Source: an uncultured Nitrososphaerota archaeon
Lineage (GTDB): Archaea > Thermoproteota > EX4484-205 > JAAOZP01
Direction: 5' to 3'
Assembly (NCBI GenBank): GCA_964635675.1
Contig: CAZWPT010000016.1
Coordinates: 18,522 to 82,521, forward strand
DNA: 64,000 nucleotides
The notes beneath the pieces were generated by a model. It saw only the letters and a list, made by a program, of their open reading frames with translations. It was not told the DNA's origin and made no database searches. Below are positions 55,703-64,000 of the stretch, in pieces. Each line of letters begins with the position of its first letter. The first letter of the stretch is position 1. A program made the translations under genes and the position numbers.

Positions 55703-57541
55703 CTAGCCTATAAGGTTTAGCCTCTTCAGGAGCTCGAGGGAAACGTCTCTAGTCGGGCTTTCCGGCCTAGAAAGGCTTCTGAAGGCTTGAGAAACATATA
55801 GTATTGTTGAGACTTCTTCATCGCTTAAAACACGTATCTTAATATTCCCGAGGGCCTCGAGGGCTTTCTGAAGCTCCGGGTCTACTGGACAAGTAGTAAG
55901 TAGAACAACCCTGTCGAGCTTCCTGCTCCTCGCAAAGTCTATAAGGGGCTCGATACTGCTTCTTCTAAGCCCCTCGGAAGGCTTCGGCGCTTTAATCATA
56001 ACCCCGACCTGCGCCCCGCCTCTAGTGTTATCGGTGAAAAGCAGGTCTATCTCCCTCTTCCTGGTTAGAGAGACGTTTATTCTCCTCCTGCCTATGAGGC
56101 TCTCTTTTCCAAGACCTGTTTCAATAAGGCTTGAAACAGCCTTTTCAAGAACGATCGCCCTCTCAGAGGATTTCTCAATGTTGTAGAACCTCGTCATTAT
56201 CTGGCTTTTAACATCGCTGTCCGGCGTAACCGGGGTTGCGAGCCTAGCGGCGGGCAGACCCATTTTCATAACGGCCTCCATCGCTATCACAGTATCCACG
56301 TAATCGGGTTGAGTAATGCCCCTCTCAAGTCTTTCAGCAAGTATCTCGATGCAGGCGAAACACTCTGATAGAAGCCTCCTGATTTCCCCGCCTGAGTTTG
56401 CCCAGAGGAGTTTAACACTGTTCATGGGAAACATGTTTGAATACGAGCGGCCGCCCCTGTCAAGATAGAGGGCCTTCACATACCTGTCGATTATGTCCTT
56501 AGCCTCCTCCACGCTTATCTTCTCGAGGCTTATCGGGGTTGAGGAAACCCTGCTGACTATTGCAGGCGCCACCCTGAACCTTTGCCCCTTCAACTCTTCA
56601 AACATTACTGGTGTTAAAAGCAGAAGTATGAATAGACCGCCCGGACCATTATCCACAATCCTTTTCAAAGTATGGAAGAAAAAGTCGATATTATCCTGCA
56701 CAAGCGTCTCAACCTCGTCAACAACGATTACGAAAGGCGAGTTGCTGACTAGCTTCGAGAGATTCACCAGCGTCGTTAAGAATTTTAAAGCATTCTCGTC
56801 GGACTCCCTGAGGTAGTCGTTCGAATGCTTAACACCCCAGCTCCCGTAATACGGGCTTGGAAGCCACAGTATCCATTTCGCCAGGTTGAGATCTATGAAC
56901 CTTCTCGTTTTCGAGGGCTCAAACCTTGTTTCAAACATTTTCTCCAGTTCTTCAAGCTCGAGCCTTACGAGCCCGGTTATCTCAATCACCCCTTCTTCAA
57001 CAAGTTTCCTAACAGTCCTGAAATCGTTTGAAATCGTGTTGAAAGCCTCCCTAGCCTTCTCAGCCTTCTTACCTAAGACTACTGAAATCAGCCCGACGCT
57101 AACGGTTTTCTGAAACAGTTCGTAACCCATCTTGGAGATCAGCGCCTGGTGTAGCCTCAGGGAAAGCTCCATGAGAAACTCTTTGCTGCCCAGCGTCTCC
57201 ACAACCTTGGAGGTGAAGAAGATGAGGGAGGGCTTGTAAACAGAGTCTTGAATAGTAGGCATGTATGAGAAGGACTGGCCTGGTTTCTCCTGGCTTAGAA
57301 GGTATTGAAGGTGTAGGGCGAGATGCGTCTTCCCGCTTCCAGCATCCCCTATAAGCATGTCGATCTTAGGCTCCTCAAGCCTGAACGAGTAGTCTATCTC
57401 CTCCCTAATCCTTTTCAACGCGTTTATCCTAGACTCCCCGCCAAGTATCCATATTCTGCTCGGGACAGGGGTCAGGGGGAACGGGTTGGCTTCAAGCATC
57501 AGACGAGAGTACTTATTTGACGATTGCATAATGGTAAACAC
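55703..57541 (-). CDS. P-loop NTPase (AAA_16/PF01637-like) with a C-terminal PD-(D/E)xK nuclease-like (DUF234-like) domain
   Basis: 612 aa with Walker A LIGDAGSGKTHL and Walker B FVIVVDEVE. The C-terminal roughly 180 aa carries a D...(V)xK-type signature (EIDLLFTD...GVMIK). Confidence 0.5.
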   Translation of the reverse strand: MFTIMQSSNKYSRLMLEANPFPLTPVPSRIWILGGESRINALKRIREEIDYSFRLEEPKIDMLIGDAGSGKTHLALHLQYLLSQEKPGQSFSYMPTIQDSVYKPSLIFFTSKVVETLGSKEFLMELSLRLHQALISKMGYELFQKTVSVGLISVVLGKKAEKAREAFNTISNDFRTVRKLVEEGVIEITGLVRLELEELEKMFETRFEPSKTRRFIDLNLAKWILWLPSPYYGSWGVKHSNDYLRESDENALKFLTTLVNLSKLVSNSPFVIVVDEVETLVQDNIDFFFHTLKRIVDNGPGGLFILLLLTPVMFEELKGQRFRVAPAIVSRVSSTPISLEKISVEEAKDIIDRYVKALYLDRGGRSYSNMFPMNSVKLLWANSGGEIRRLLSECFACIEILAERLERGITQPDYVDTVIAMEAVMKMGLPAARLATPVTPDSDVKSQIMTRFYNIEKSSERAIVLEKAVSSLIETGLGKESLIGRRRINVSLTRKREIDLLFTDNTRGGAQVGVMIKAPKPSEGLRRSSIEPLIDFARSRKLDRVVLLTTCPVDPELQKALEALGNIKIRVLSDEEVSTILYVSQAFRSLSRPESPTRDVSLELLKRLNLIG

Positions 57542-58022
57542 CCCTAGCTGTCTTCAACCCGTTACCTGGCTCCCCGCTTCCAGCGTGAAGTTGAACAGCG
57601 TATGGATCATTACTGTTCAACTCGGTTATCCTCCTGTTGAATTCATCGCCGCTTATATTTAATTCTTCAGATACTTTAAGCCTGAGATCAGATATTTTCA
57701 CGTATGGAGCTATTGGACTGGTTCTCACCAGCTCGCCATACTTCAACCTTAAAGTCTCGAGGAACCGTTCAGGCGACAGCTGTTCAGCCTCCTTGAGCCT
57801 AGCGTACTTTAAAACCGGGAAGCCCCAAACGTTTTCAACGCAGTAGGCCCTTCCCGACTCAGAAGTCCTATACTTTTTAACGGTTCTAGGCCTTCCTTCA
57901 ACCGCTTCTAGAAAGCCTTTTTTAACTAGTTCTTTAAACTCTTTTTCAGTAAGCCTGCCAGCCTTCTTAACCATCTTCTCCGTAACCCCCTTAGGAGTGT
58001 CGGCGAAGACAAGCGCGAGCAA
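57513..58022 (-). CDS. small hypothetical protein (possible winged-helix) coupled to the NTPase
   Basis: 169 aa, basic, with no recognisable family. Its 3' end overlaps the NTPase start by 29 nt. Confidence 0.35.
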   Translation of the reverse strand: MLALVFADTPKGVTEKMVKKAGRLTEKEFKELVKKGFLEAVEGRPRTVKKYRTSESGRAYCVENVWGFPVLKYARLKEAEQLSPERFLETLRLKYGELVRTSPIAPYVKISDLRLKVSEELNISGDEFNRRITELNSNDPYAVQLHAGSGEPGNGLKTARGVYHYAIVK

Positions 58023-58194
58023 TTGGAACTCGTTCAGCCGGTATCACCTTATTAAAAATGGCCTAAGGTAGTTTTTAAAGCTTGCCTGACGGCCCGCCAC
58101 AGCAAGCCCCATCCCCCGGGTATTCAGAGGTTTAGATAAAGTTAAATCCTACGAGGCGAGACGTTTCCCTACACAGGAAGGCAAACGGTTAGAG

Positions 58195-58659
58195 ATGAGG
58201 CGGAAAAGGAAGCGTAAAATGGTTTTTCCCAGAACCATGTTTGAATGCAGGGTGTGCGGGAAATGCTGCGTCGAGGATGTTAGGCGTGGTAGACGGATAG
58301 TTCTAACCAGGACTGACGCCTTAGAAATCTCGAGCGCTACTGGAATAGGTTTGAGCGAGTTTGCGGAGGAAAACAGTAGTGAAGCCTACCCGTATGCTAT
58401 TAGGCTTGTTAACGGGAGATGCTTCTTCCTTAAGCCGGACAACAAGTGTAGTATTTACCCGGTTAGACCCCTGGTGTGCAGGTTCTACCCTTTCGTAATG
58501 CAGAAGGTTGGAGAGACATACGTGTTTCACGCTGACCCTTTCTGCCCAGGGCTTGGGGAAGGCGCTTATCTTGACGAAGAATATTTCGAGAAGCTTGTCG
58601 AGCAGGCTGAGAAGCGTTTAAACAGGTCTACTGGGCTGTTCGAGGCGCGCCGCAGTTAG
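58195..58659 (+). CDS. YkgJ-family Cys-cluster protein (CxxCxxCC, UPF0153)
   Basis: 154 aa with CRVCGKCC plus downstream Cys (GRCFF, NKCSIYPVRPLVCRFYPF). It is a paralog of 42757-43278. Confidence 0.6.
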   Translation: MRRKRKRKMVFPRTMFECRVCGKCCVEDVRRGRRIVLTRTDALEISSATGIGLSEFAEENSSEAYPYAIRLVNGRCFFLKPDNKCSIYPVRPLVCRFYPFVMQKVGETYVFHADPFCPGLGEGAYLDEEYFEKLVEQAEKRLNRSTGLFEARRS

Positions 58660-59203
58660 GACACCTGGTCTCACCCTGTGGGAAAACGGTTCCACAATAC
58701 TTGCATGAAACAGTGGATAGCGCGTGCTGAACCTGGAGAGGCGGGGAAACCTGTATTTCGATGGTTTTACTCGTCGCATCAGGCCGCCCTTCTACAGCAG
58801 CAACCCCCTTCAGATTCCAGGCTACAACCCTATCTAGGCTCTTGAAAGAAGGCTGGGCTCCGGGAGGAATTAGGATTTTAAACTGGTAGCTCTGGACAAA
58901 ACCCTCGGGAACGTGCAGAGGCCCAGCCAACTGTGGTCTAGCCGAAAATATGACTGCAGAATCCCAGACCTGTTGCTCAACCTCCCTTTTAAGAGAAGCT
59001 TCGTAAACCCTCCTGGTTTTACGCACCCGCTCGACACACTCAAGCTCGCACCTTATCTCAGTGCAGTCGAACTCTTCCTGAGACTCGACCTGTACTGCTC
59101 CCTCCACGTTGTCACCAAGATAGAAGATCTGCTTCTTCAGAAGCAGAGATATGTTTACCCTGGGTGGGGTAACCTTATCCCTGAGTTTCTTAAACAGGCT
59201 CAC
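58628..59203 (-). CDS. SpoOM-like arrestin-fold protein with a C-terminal zinc ribbon
   Basis: 191 aa. The N-terminal MSLFKKLRDKV...LGDNVEGAVQVES resembles the SpoOM family start (MSFFKKL..VGIG..VDT.L...PGE.V.G.V). The C-terminus is CKYCG...CPNCG. Confidence 0.5.
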   Translation of the reverse strand: MSLFKKLRDKVTPPRVNISLLLKKQIFYLGDNVEGAVQVESQEEFDCTEIRCELECVERVRKTRRVYEASLKREVEQQVWDSAVIFSARPQLAGPLHVPEGFVQSYQFKILIPPGAQPSFKSLDRVVAWNLKGVAAVEGRPDATSKTIEIQVSPPLQVQHALSTVSCKYCGTVFPQGETRCPNCGAPRTAQ

Positions 59204-59262
59204 AGCAGGATTTTTCCACCGGGGGGATTTAAGTTTTAAACAACGCTGAAATTAAACGGGGC

Positions 59263-60417
59263 TTACAATGGTATTAGCAGGAGGCTTGACAGGATTATAA
59301 CCAGCCCGCCGATTAAAAAAGGCAGATTTATACTCATTGAGCCGGAGTATCCAGCCAAGAGGGGGCCGATGATGTTCCCCAGGGAGCTTACAAAGTTGAC
59401 TACATTGAAGTCCCTCGCCCTGGTTTCATCACTACAGTGTTTTTGAATCAAGTAGCTTCTGAGCGGGAGCCATACTGAAGCCCCGAGAGGATCGTGCAGA
59501 AGCCATAGTGCTGCAGACATGGTGAAATCACCCGGCACAGTGGCCAAGGCTGTGAAAACCCCCTGTATGCATGTGAAAAGGATCAGGGAGGATTTGTAAG
59601 AAAACTTTTTCAAGCCTGTGACAATCCTGCTGCTGAACAACATGGGTATTCCCAGACTAAGCCTGTGAACAGTCATTAGGATTGAAAGTGTTTCTGGAGA
59701 TAGTGAGAATTTCTTTGAAAAGAACATGGGTGTGATGAAGCAGTGCGTAGCTGAGCCTCCAATCGTCACAACAAGCCCTGAGGCAGCCAGAATAATAAGC
59801 CCCCTGTTTAAACCCTTGCCTCCACCATTTTCCTCAAGAGGCTTCTCAACATGCCGTACTCCTGCAGAATCCTGTTCGCTGAAGAATAAAGCGATCACTA
59901 GGAAGCCTATTACCTGAAGAAGCCCTGAAAAAACGAAGGGAAGCCAGTAACCATAGATGCTTATGAAAAGCCCGGAGGATGCGAGGCCCAACGCTTGAGA
60001 GATGAACTCGAGCCCTGATACTTTAGAGTAGGAGGCGATGAATCCCCTGCGATCCTGCTCGTAGACCATGGTTGCGAAAACAGCGTTCCTGATTGCAACC
60101 GCGGAGTCGAAAAGAATCTTGGCAACGCCCATTATAATCACTGATTCAAAGTAGGGTGTTAGAAGGTGGGAGAACCCTCCGAGCAGTAGAGCCGATGCGA
60201 TGAAAATTTTCCTACCGTACTTATCTGATGTAGCACCGAGAAAGATGCTGAGGAAGGCGATGAATATTGCCGAGGCTGTGAAAACATACCCGATTTCCAT
60301 GAGCGGAATGGAAACATAATCCATGTAAAGGGGAAACAGGATTTCGTAAAGCCCGAAGGAGAAGCCGAAGAGCCATGTGGATACGGTCAGCGCAGTCAGC
60401 CCTTTTCTGTCTGGCAT
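59263..60417 (-). CDS. MFS transporter
   Basis: 384 aa with about 12 TM helices and an MFS-like loop 2-3 (SDKYGRK). Confidence 0.75.
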   Translation of the reverse strand: MPDRKGLTALTVSTWLFGFSFGLYEILFPLYMDYVSIPLMEIGYVFTASAIFIAFLSIFLGATSDKYGRKIFIASALLLGGFSHLLTPYFESVIIMGVAKILFDSAVAIRNAVFATMVYEQDRRGFIASYSKVSGLEFISQALGLASSGLFISIYGYWLPFVFSGLLQVIGFLVIALFFSEQDSAGVRHVEKPLEENGGGKGLNRGLIILAASGLVVTIGGSATHCFITPMFFSKKFSLSPETLSILMTVHRLSLGIPMLFSSRIVTGLKKFSYKSSLILFTCIQGVFTALATVPGDFTMSAALWLLHDPLGASVWLPLRSYLIQKHCSDETRARDFNVVNFVSSLGNIIGPLLAGYSGSMSINLPFLIGGLVIILSSLLLIPL

Positions 60418-60494
60418 GTGCTACGGGCCGTTCAGCAAGAGGCTTATAAGCATTGACAACAAAGTTTTTAAAAGGCTTTTAAAGCAATAATAAT

Positions 60495-61043
60495 ATGGCT
60501 AAACGCAGTACAGGCGTGAAATATTTTGCTGAACCAGGCCCAGGGAACACTGGTAAAGTGATTAAGGCGGTCGCGGAAAGGATAGGGAAAGGGGGTGTTT
60601 CACAGGTTGTTGTCGCAAGCACTTCCGGGAGGACGGGAGTCAGGTTTGCCAGGGCTTTAAAGGGTAGGACACAGGTTGTAGCCGTATCCCATGAGAAGAT
60701 GGAGCCTAAGCTGAAGGAAAAGATAAGTAGTCTGGGCGGATTAGCCGAGGACGGTACGCACCTGCCGCTCCACGGAAGGGGCATGGATAAGGTTAGGGAT
60801 GCCTTCTACACTCTGGGACAAGGATTCAAAGTAGCTTTAGAAGTTATTCTGATAGCTGCGGACAGGGGGCTTGTTAAGCCGTATGAGGACGTCATAGGCG
60901 TCGGTGGAAGTGGAGAGGGTGCTGACACAGCAGTAGTGGCGAGAGCAACCCCGACGAAGGAGATTTTCAGCAGCGACAAGTCTAAGAGGCTTGAAGTAAG
61001 GGAAGTAATCTGCATGCCGCTGAAGAAGAAGTGGTGGGACTGA
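60495..61043 (+). CDS. hypothetical protein, pyruvate-kinase C-terminal-domain-like (COG1751-like)
   Basis: 182 aa. The Gly-rich alpha/beta pattern (VVVASTSGRTG..., IGVGGSGEGADTAVV) is reminiscent of the PK_C-like archaeal family. This is weak. Confidence 0.35.
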   Translation: MAKRSTGVKYFAEPGPGNTGKVIKAVAERIGKGGVSQVVVASTSGRTGVRFARALKGRTQVVAVSHEKMEPKLKEKISSLGGLAEDGTHLPLHGRGMDKVRDAFYTLGQGFKVALEVILIAADRGLVKPYEDVIGVGGSGEGADTAVVARATPTKEIFSSDKSKRLEVREVICMPLKKKWWD

Positions 61044-61159
61044 TCATCCTAAGAGCAGCTTAAACCAGACAGTTAAGCCGGTTTTTCTCTAAACGCTTAA
61101 GCATAGACGTTTAGACATAATCTTCTTGACTAAATCCATATATCCTGTTCTTTATCAGG

Positions 61160-61846
61160 TTGGGTTTAGAAATGGCTAGGAAGCTGCCTGATAGGTTTCT
61201 TAAATGGGCTTACTTCGACAGAGTCCGCTTCATCAAATCCATTCTGGACACAGGTAATTTGGATAAAGCGATGCTTCTCATAGAGTCGACAAGACATAAC
61301 CCTGCGCTCTGTACAGCCCGCATTAAGAACTCTGGGATAGAGTTGAACGCTAAGATAGTTGGCGCCGGCTTTGTGCCTAAGGAAAGTTTTCTTGAAGATG
61401 CTGTTAGAGATCTGAGGTCGCATGTGGAAGCAGGCTGCTCAATGACGAGGGAGGACTATGCTAGAAGAGGGCTGCAAATTCTGCTTAGACATGTATACTT
61501 CGAGAATGAGGATGAGGCGAATCGTAGAGTCGACTTTACGAAAATAGCGACCCTAGAAATAGGAGCGGGAGTAGCCGGATCCTCAAAACACACATGGGAG
61601 AACGTCCAGAGTTGCAGACGAGCAGCCATGCTTTACTATATGCCTCCCAACACCAGCTTCGAGGTGAGGGGTATGCTCGACGTATTGACTGAGGGAAACC
61701 ATTTTGAATTCGTCAATCTGGCCCATGATGCATTCCATTACACACCCGCTGAGAGGAGAGTCTTCAAACCATGCTATATTTTGAATGTTGAAGAGGTTTA
61801 TGATAACAGTGCTACGCAGGAGGGTTTCGGCCGCTTGCTGGAATAA
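61160..61846 (+). CDS. hypothetical protein
   Basis: 228 aa with no recognisable motif. Confidence 0.3.
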   Translation: MGLEMARKLPDRFLKWAYFDRVRFIKSILDTGNLDKAMLLIESTRHNPALCTARIKNSGIELNAKIVGAGFVPKESFLEDAVRDLRSHVEAGCSMTREDYARRGLQILLRHVYFENEDEANRRVDFTKIATLEIGAGVAGSSKHTWENVQSCRRAAMLYYMPPNTSFEVRGMLDVLTEGNHFEFVNLAHDAFHYTPAERRVFKPCYILNVEEVYDNSATQEGFGRLLE

Positions 61847-62041
61847 TTGTGAAACATTATAGAGACGCCTCCAGGGGATCTCGCCAAAGCCAGTCTTCTA
61901 TAACGAGATTCTGCAATTACCCTATGGCTTCAAACCGTTTAAAAACCAATATTCCTACGGAGGGCACGAGAACTTCTCCCGACGTTCTCATAGTGTTTCA
62001 TTAAGCCTATCCTTAATACCCTAGTTCAGCATCTAATGTCT

Positions 62042-63484
62042 TCACTCCGAGAAAACATCATTAAGCAGTTCAACCGCCGCATTTACGATCATATCCAACG
62101 CTTCAGGAACCAGCTTAGACCAGAAAATCTCGTGGCCTCCACGTTTGAAAGCCTCCTCCGTAGGAATATAGCCGACGTATTGATTAGTACAATGAACAAT
62201 GTAGGTCGGGTAAGTAGGCGAGGCTAACTTTATCCTTAACCCACCCTCTACAAACGGTTCTCCAGGTAAAGAAACAAATGCCGCATTTCCAATTCGAAAA
62301 ACCTGTATTTCATAATCAAACTCTGGTTCGCGTTTCCAAGTCAGATGCTTACTCCATGTCCACGCTGCATAACACCATTTTGTATCAACACGCGTCCGCT
62401 CCACATCAGCCCAGACTGGACGAGGATACTCTGCTAGAATCCTTTTAGCTTCTTCAAGCTCCTTGTCAGCCACTTTCCTGAGTGGAATCTTTAAATGTTT
62501 ACACTTCCACTTCAGAACTGTTTCATCCTTAAACGTAAGCCTTTCGATTACTTTTCTAGCCGTCCCAGCCAAGACCCTACCCATATAAGTATGGTCGCGT
62601 TTGTAATCCGGATCGAACGGGTTCCAAGGATTAATGTTCCCACAGGCACCATTGAGAACAAGCACGGAATCCGCGGAATAAGTCCTCCTTAGTTCCTCTG
62701 CCAATGCTCCCGGCCAATCTGCCGAAACAACGCCCCCATAGTCGTTATTAGCATAAACAACGACTGGATGACACGTATAATTAACCATTATGGCGGGAAA
62801 ATGTAAAGAATCTGTGCGGAAACACATGACCCCGAGTTCAGGATCTATGGGACCTTCAAGGTAGCGGATTTCAGTCCATCCTAGTGGCCGCGCTATAGGA
62901 TTCCAAAACCACGGCATCATTACAGTGCCTTCACGTGTCACAGCACGTCTGTTAAACGCCATTCTCCCCTCAATACCACTACCCACACCGACTTGAACAG
63001 GCGTTAGCCTTTCATTCGCAAGCCTGATGGACTCAATTATCCGTTCAACAGCAAACTGATTATAGCGTTCGTCACCACCGCGTAACCAGCCAAACTCTTC
63101 AGGAATATCCTCAAAATCCTCCGCGACCATAAAGTGGCCTAATGATGGTGCAGAATGAATCTGGATAGGATGGATCATTACCCCTTGAAAATCAAACCCG
63201 AACTTTTCAGCCGCAACTTTCCTAATCTGGTCACAGTAACGTTTAGTTGCTACACATAAATCGAGAGCTACGATGCAAACCTTGCGTCCACTGCTCTCCA
63301 ATACTAATGCCTTAGAAAAAAGCGGATCATTCACCACTCGAGCTGGCCGATGAACCCCTATGTTTCCGGATAGTTGAATACCCGCCCAAGGAGTTATGTC
63401 CACTTGAGACACTCCGACTTTAAACATCTCGTTCCTCTCCCCGAATACGTTGGGTTCTATATACTTACTTAAAACTTTTTGCAC
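62042..63484 (-). CDS. neutral/alkaline ceramidase-like hydrolase
   Basis: 480 aa. The N-terminal VGVSQVDITPWAGIQLSGNIGVHRPARVVNDPLFSKALVLESSGRKVCIVALDL...IHSAPSLG follows the neutral ceramidase N-domain pattern. Confidence 0.55.
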   Translation of the reverse strand: MQKVLSKYIEPNVFGERNEMFKVGVSQVDITPWAGIQLSGNIGVHRPARVVNDPLFSKALVLESSGRKVCIVALDLCVATKRYCDQIRKVAAEKFGFDFQGVMIHPIQIHSAPSLGHFMVAEDFEDIPEEFGWLRGGDERYNQFAVERIIESIRLANERLTPVQVGVGSGIEGRMAFNRRAVTREGTVMMPWFWNPIARPLGWTEIRYLEGPIDPELGVMCFRTDSLHFPAIMVNYTCHPVVVYANNDYGGVVSADWPGALAEELRRTYSADSVLVLNGACGNINPWNPFDPDYKRDHTYMGRVLAGTARKVIERLTFKDETVLKWKCKHLKIPLRKVADKELEEAKRILAEYPRPVWADVERTRVDTKWCYAAWTWSKHLTWKREPEFDYEIQVFRIGNAAFVSLPGEPFVEGGLRIKLASPTYPTYIVHCTNQYVGYIPTEEAFKRGGHEIFWSKLVPEALDMIVNAAVELLNDVFSE

Positions 63485-63513
63485 ATGTAAAGCCGATTTA
63501 ACGCGTTAAGAGT

Positions 63514-63942
63514 CTATAGAAGCATCTTGGCTTCAGAGTTCACTTTCCACCAATAGAGTTCAAACAATAAGCCTGAAGGCTTGGGCTTCACCTCATTGAT
63601 GAAGCCTTTTTCAAGCTCTAACGATTTTGCAAAGGCCTCGTCGGTGAGTCTCTTTAATTCCTCGACGGATGTTTCTCCTTTTAGAAATCCAGACCTTAAT
63701 TCCTCGGCCTTCGGATGGAGATAAGCCTCTAAAGACTCTACTTGGCTACGTATCTTTAAGAAGTATTCTTTAAAGGAGCCTAGCATCCTCCTGCTCAGCC
63801 TTTCATGAATCCACCAGACCGAGTCGGAATCGTAAAGCCTGCCCGGGGCCAGTTTTAAATCCGGTAGACCCGCCTCCATGAAAACCGGTTTGTAGACGCT
63901 TATACACGGCGTCGAGGTAGCCGTAAACCAGTGTATCTGCAC
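63514..63942 (-). CDS. hypothetical protein
   Basis: 142 aa. An in-frame stop lies 9 nt upstream of the ATG. A different frame is open upstream to the window edge, so a frameshifted longer gene cannot be excluded. Confidence 0.3.
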   Translation of the reverse strand: MQIHWFTATSTPCISVYKPVFMEAGLPDLKLAPGRLYDSDSVWWIHERLSRRMLGSFKEYFLKIRSQVESLEAYLHPKAEELRSGFLKGETSVEELKRLTDEAFAKSLELEKGFINEVKPKPSGLLFELYWWKVNSEAKMLL

Positions 63943-64000
63943 TTTTTCAAAGAGCTGTCCAACGTAGGAGGCTGCGGTCTGGGAGGGCCTTGTGAGTACT

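Noticed and set aside
1-64000. Mobile elements (IS/transposase, integrase), CRISPR arrays and rRNA genes
   Set aside because: No transposase- or integrase-like ORF, no spaced direct-repeat array, and no rRNA-like conserved segment was seen. The only HGT signal is compositional (32.7-34.1 kb).
63514-64000. Treating 63514-63942 as the C-terminal fragment of a gene running off the window
   Set aside because: An in-frame TGA lies 9 nt upstream of the ATG, so the ORF is self-contained as sequenced. A frameshifted longer gene is possible but unsupported.

Overview
This 64 kb window is a gene-dense contig (about 65 plausible CDSs) that looks archaeal. Supporting signs are AT-rich TATA-like boxes about 25-35 nt upstream of many start codons with no Shine-Dalgarno, which suggests leaderless transcripts, plus several archaeal hallmark families: a THUMP/Trm14-type RNA methyltransferase, PF01637-type ATPases, a HEPN-MNT pair, a DUF1667 partner of GlpA, and a DUF488 protein. 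I cannot name the organism, and GC is roughly 50% by eye. Note that the supplied ORF track also calls GTG and TTG starts, so several true starts are probably internal.

Content along the window:
(1) 1-10.7 kb is a glycan and sugar-acid catabolic island: a DapA-family aldolase, a PreA/DHODH-like flavoprotein, a BNR sialidase-like protein, a FucI-like isomerase, an esterase, an M55 D-aminopeptidase, a pfkB kinase, a GH29 alpha-L-fucosidase and a CE4 deacetylase.
(2) 11-17.5 kb holds an orphan 1031-aa FtsX-type permease, an FGGY kinase and a malic enzyme.
(3) 24.7-29.5 kb is a glycerol operon: glpK, glpA, a glpB-like oxidoreductase and a DUF1667 protein.
(4) 32.7-41.5 kb is a tetrahydrofolate C1 cluster: a MetF-like gene, fhs, an MtrH/AcsE-like pterin methyltransferase, purN, folD, a 5-formyl-THF cyclo-ligase fused to a membrane domain, and folC. 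Its 5' part is AT-rich and carries bacterial-type Shine-Dalgarno sequences, which suggests horizontal acquisition.
(5) 45.4-46.4 kb is a HEPN-MNT toxin-antitoxin pair.
(6) 47-52.5 kb is a block of uncharacterised membrane and zinc-ribbon proteins, a degraded P-loop ATPase with an unusual GAATATTC x3 operator-like array, and an SPFH protein with four tandem zinc ribbons.
(7) 52.5-64 kb holds redox enzymes, Trm14, a P-loop NTPase with a PD-(D/E)xK-like domain plus a small partner, YkgJ-type Cys-cluster proteins, an MFS transporter and a ceramidase-like hydrolase.

I found no rRNA, convincing tRNA, CRISPR array, transposase or integrase.
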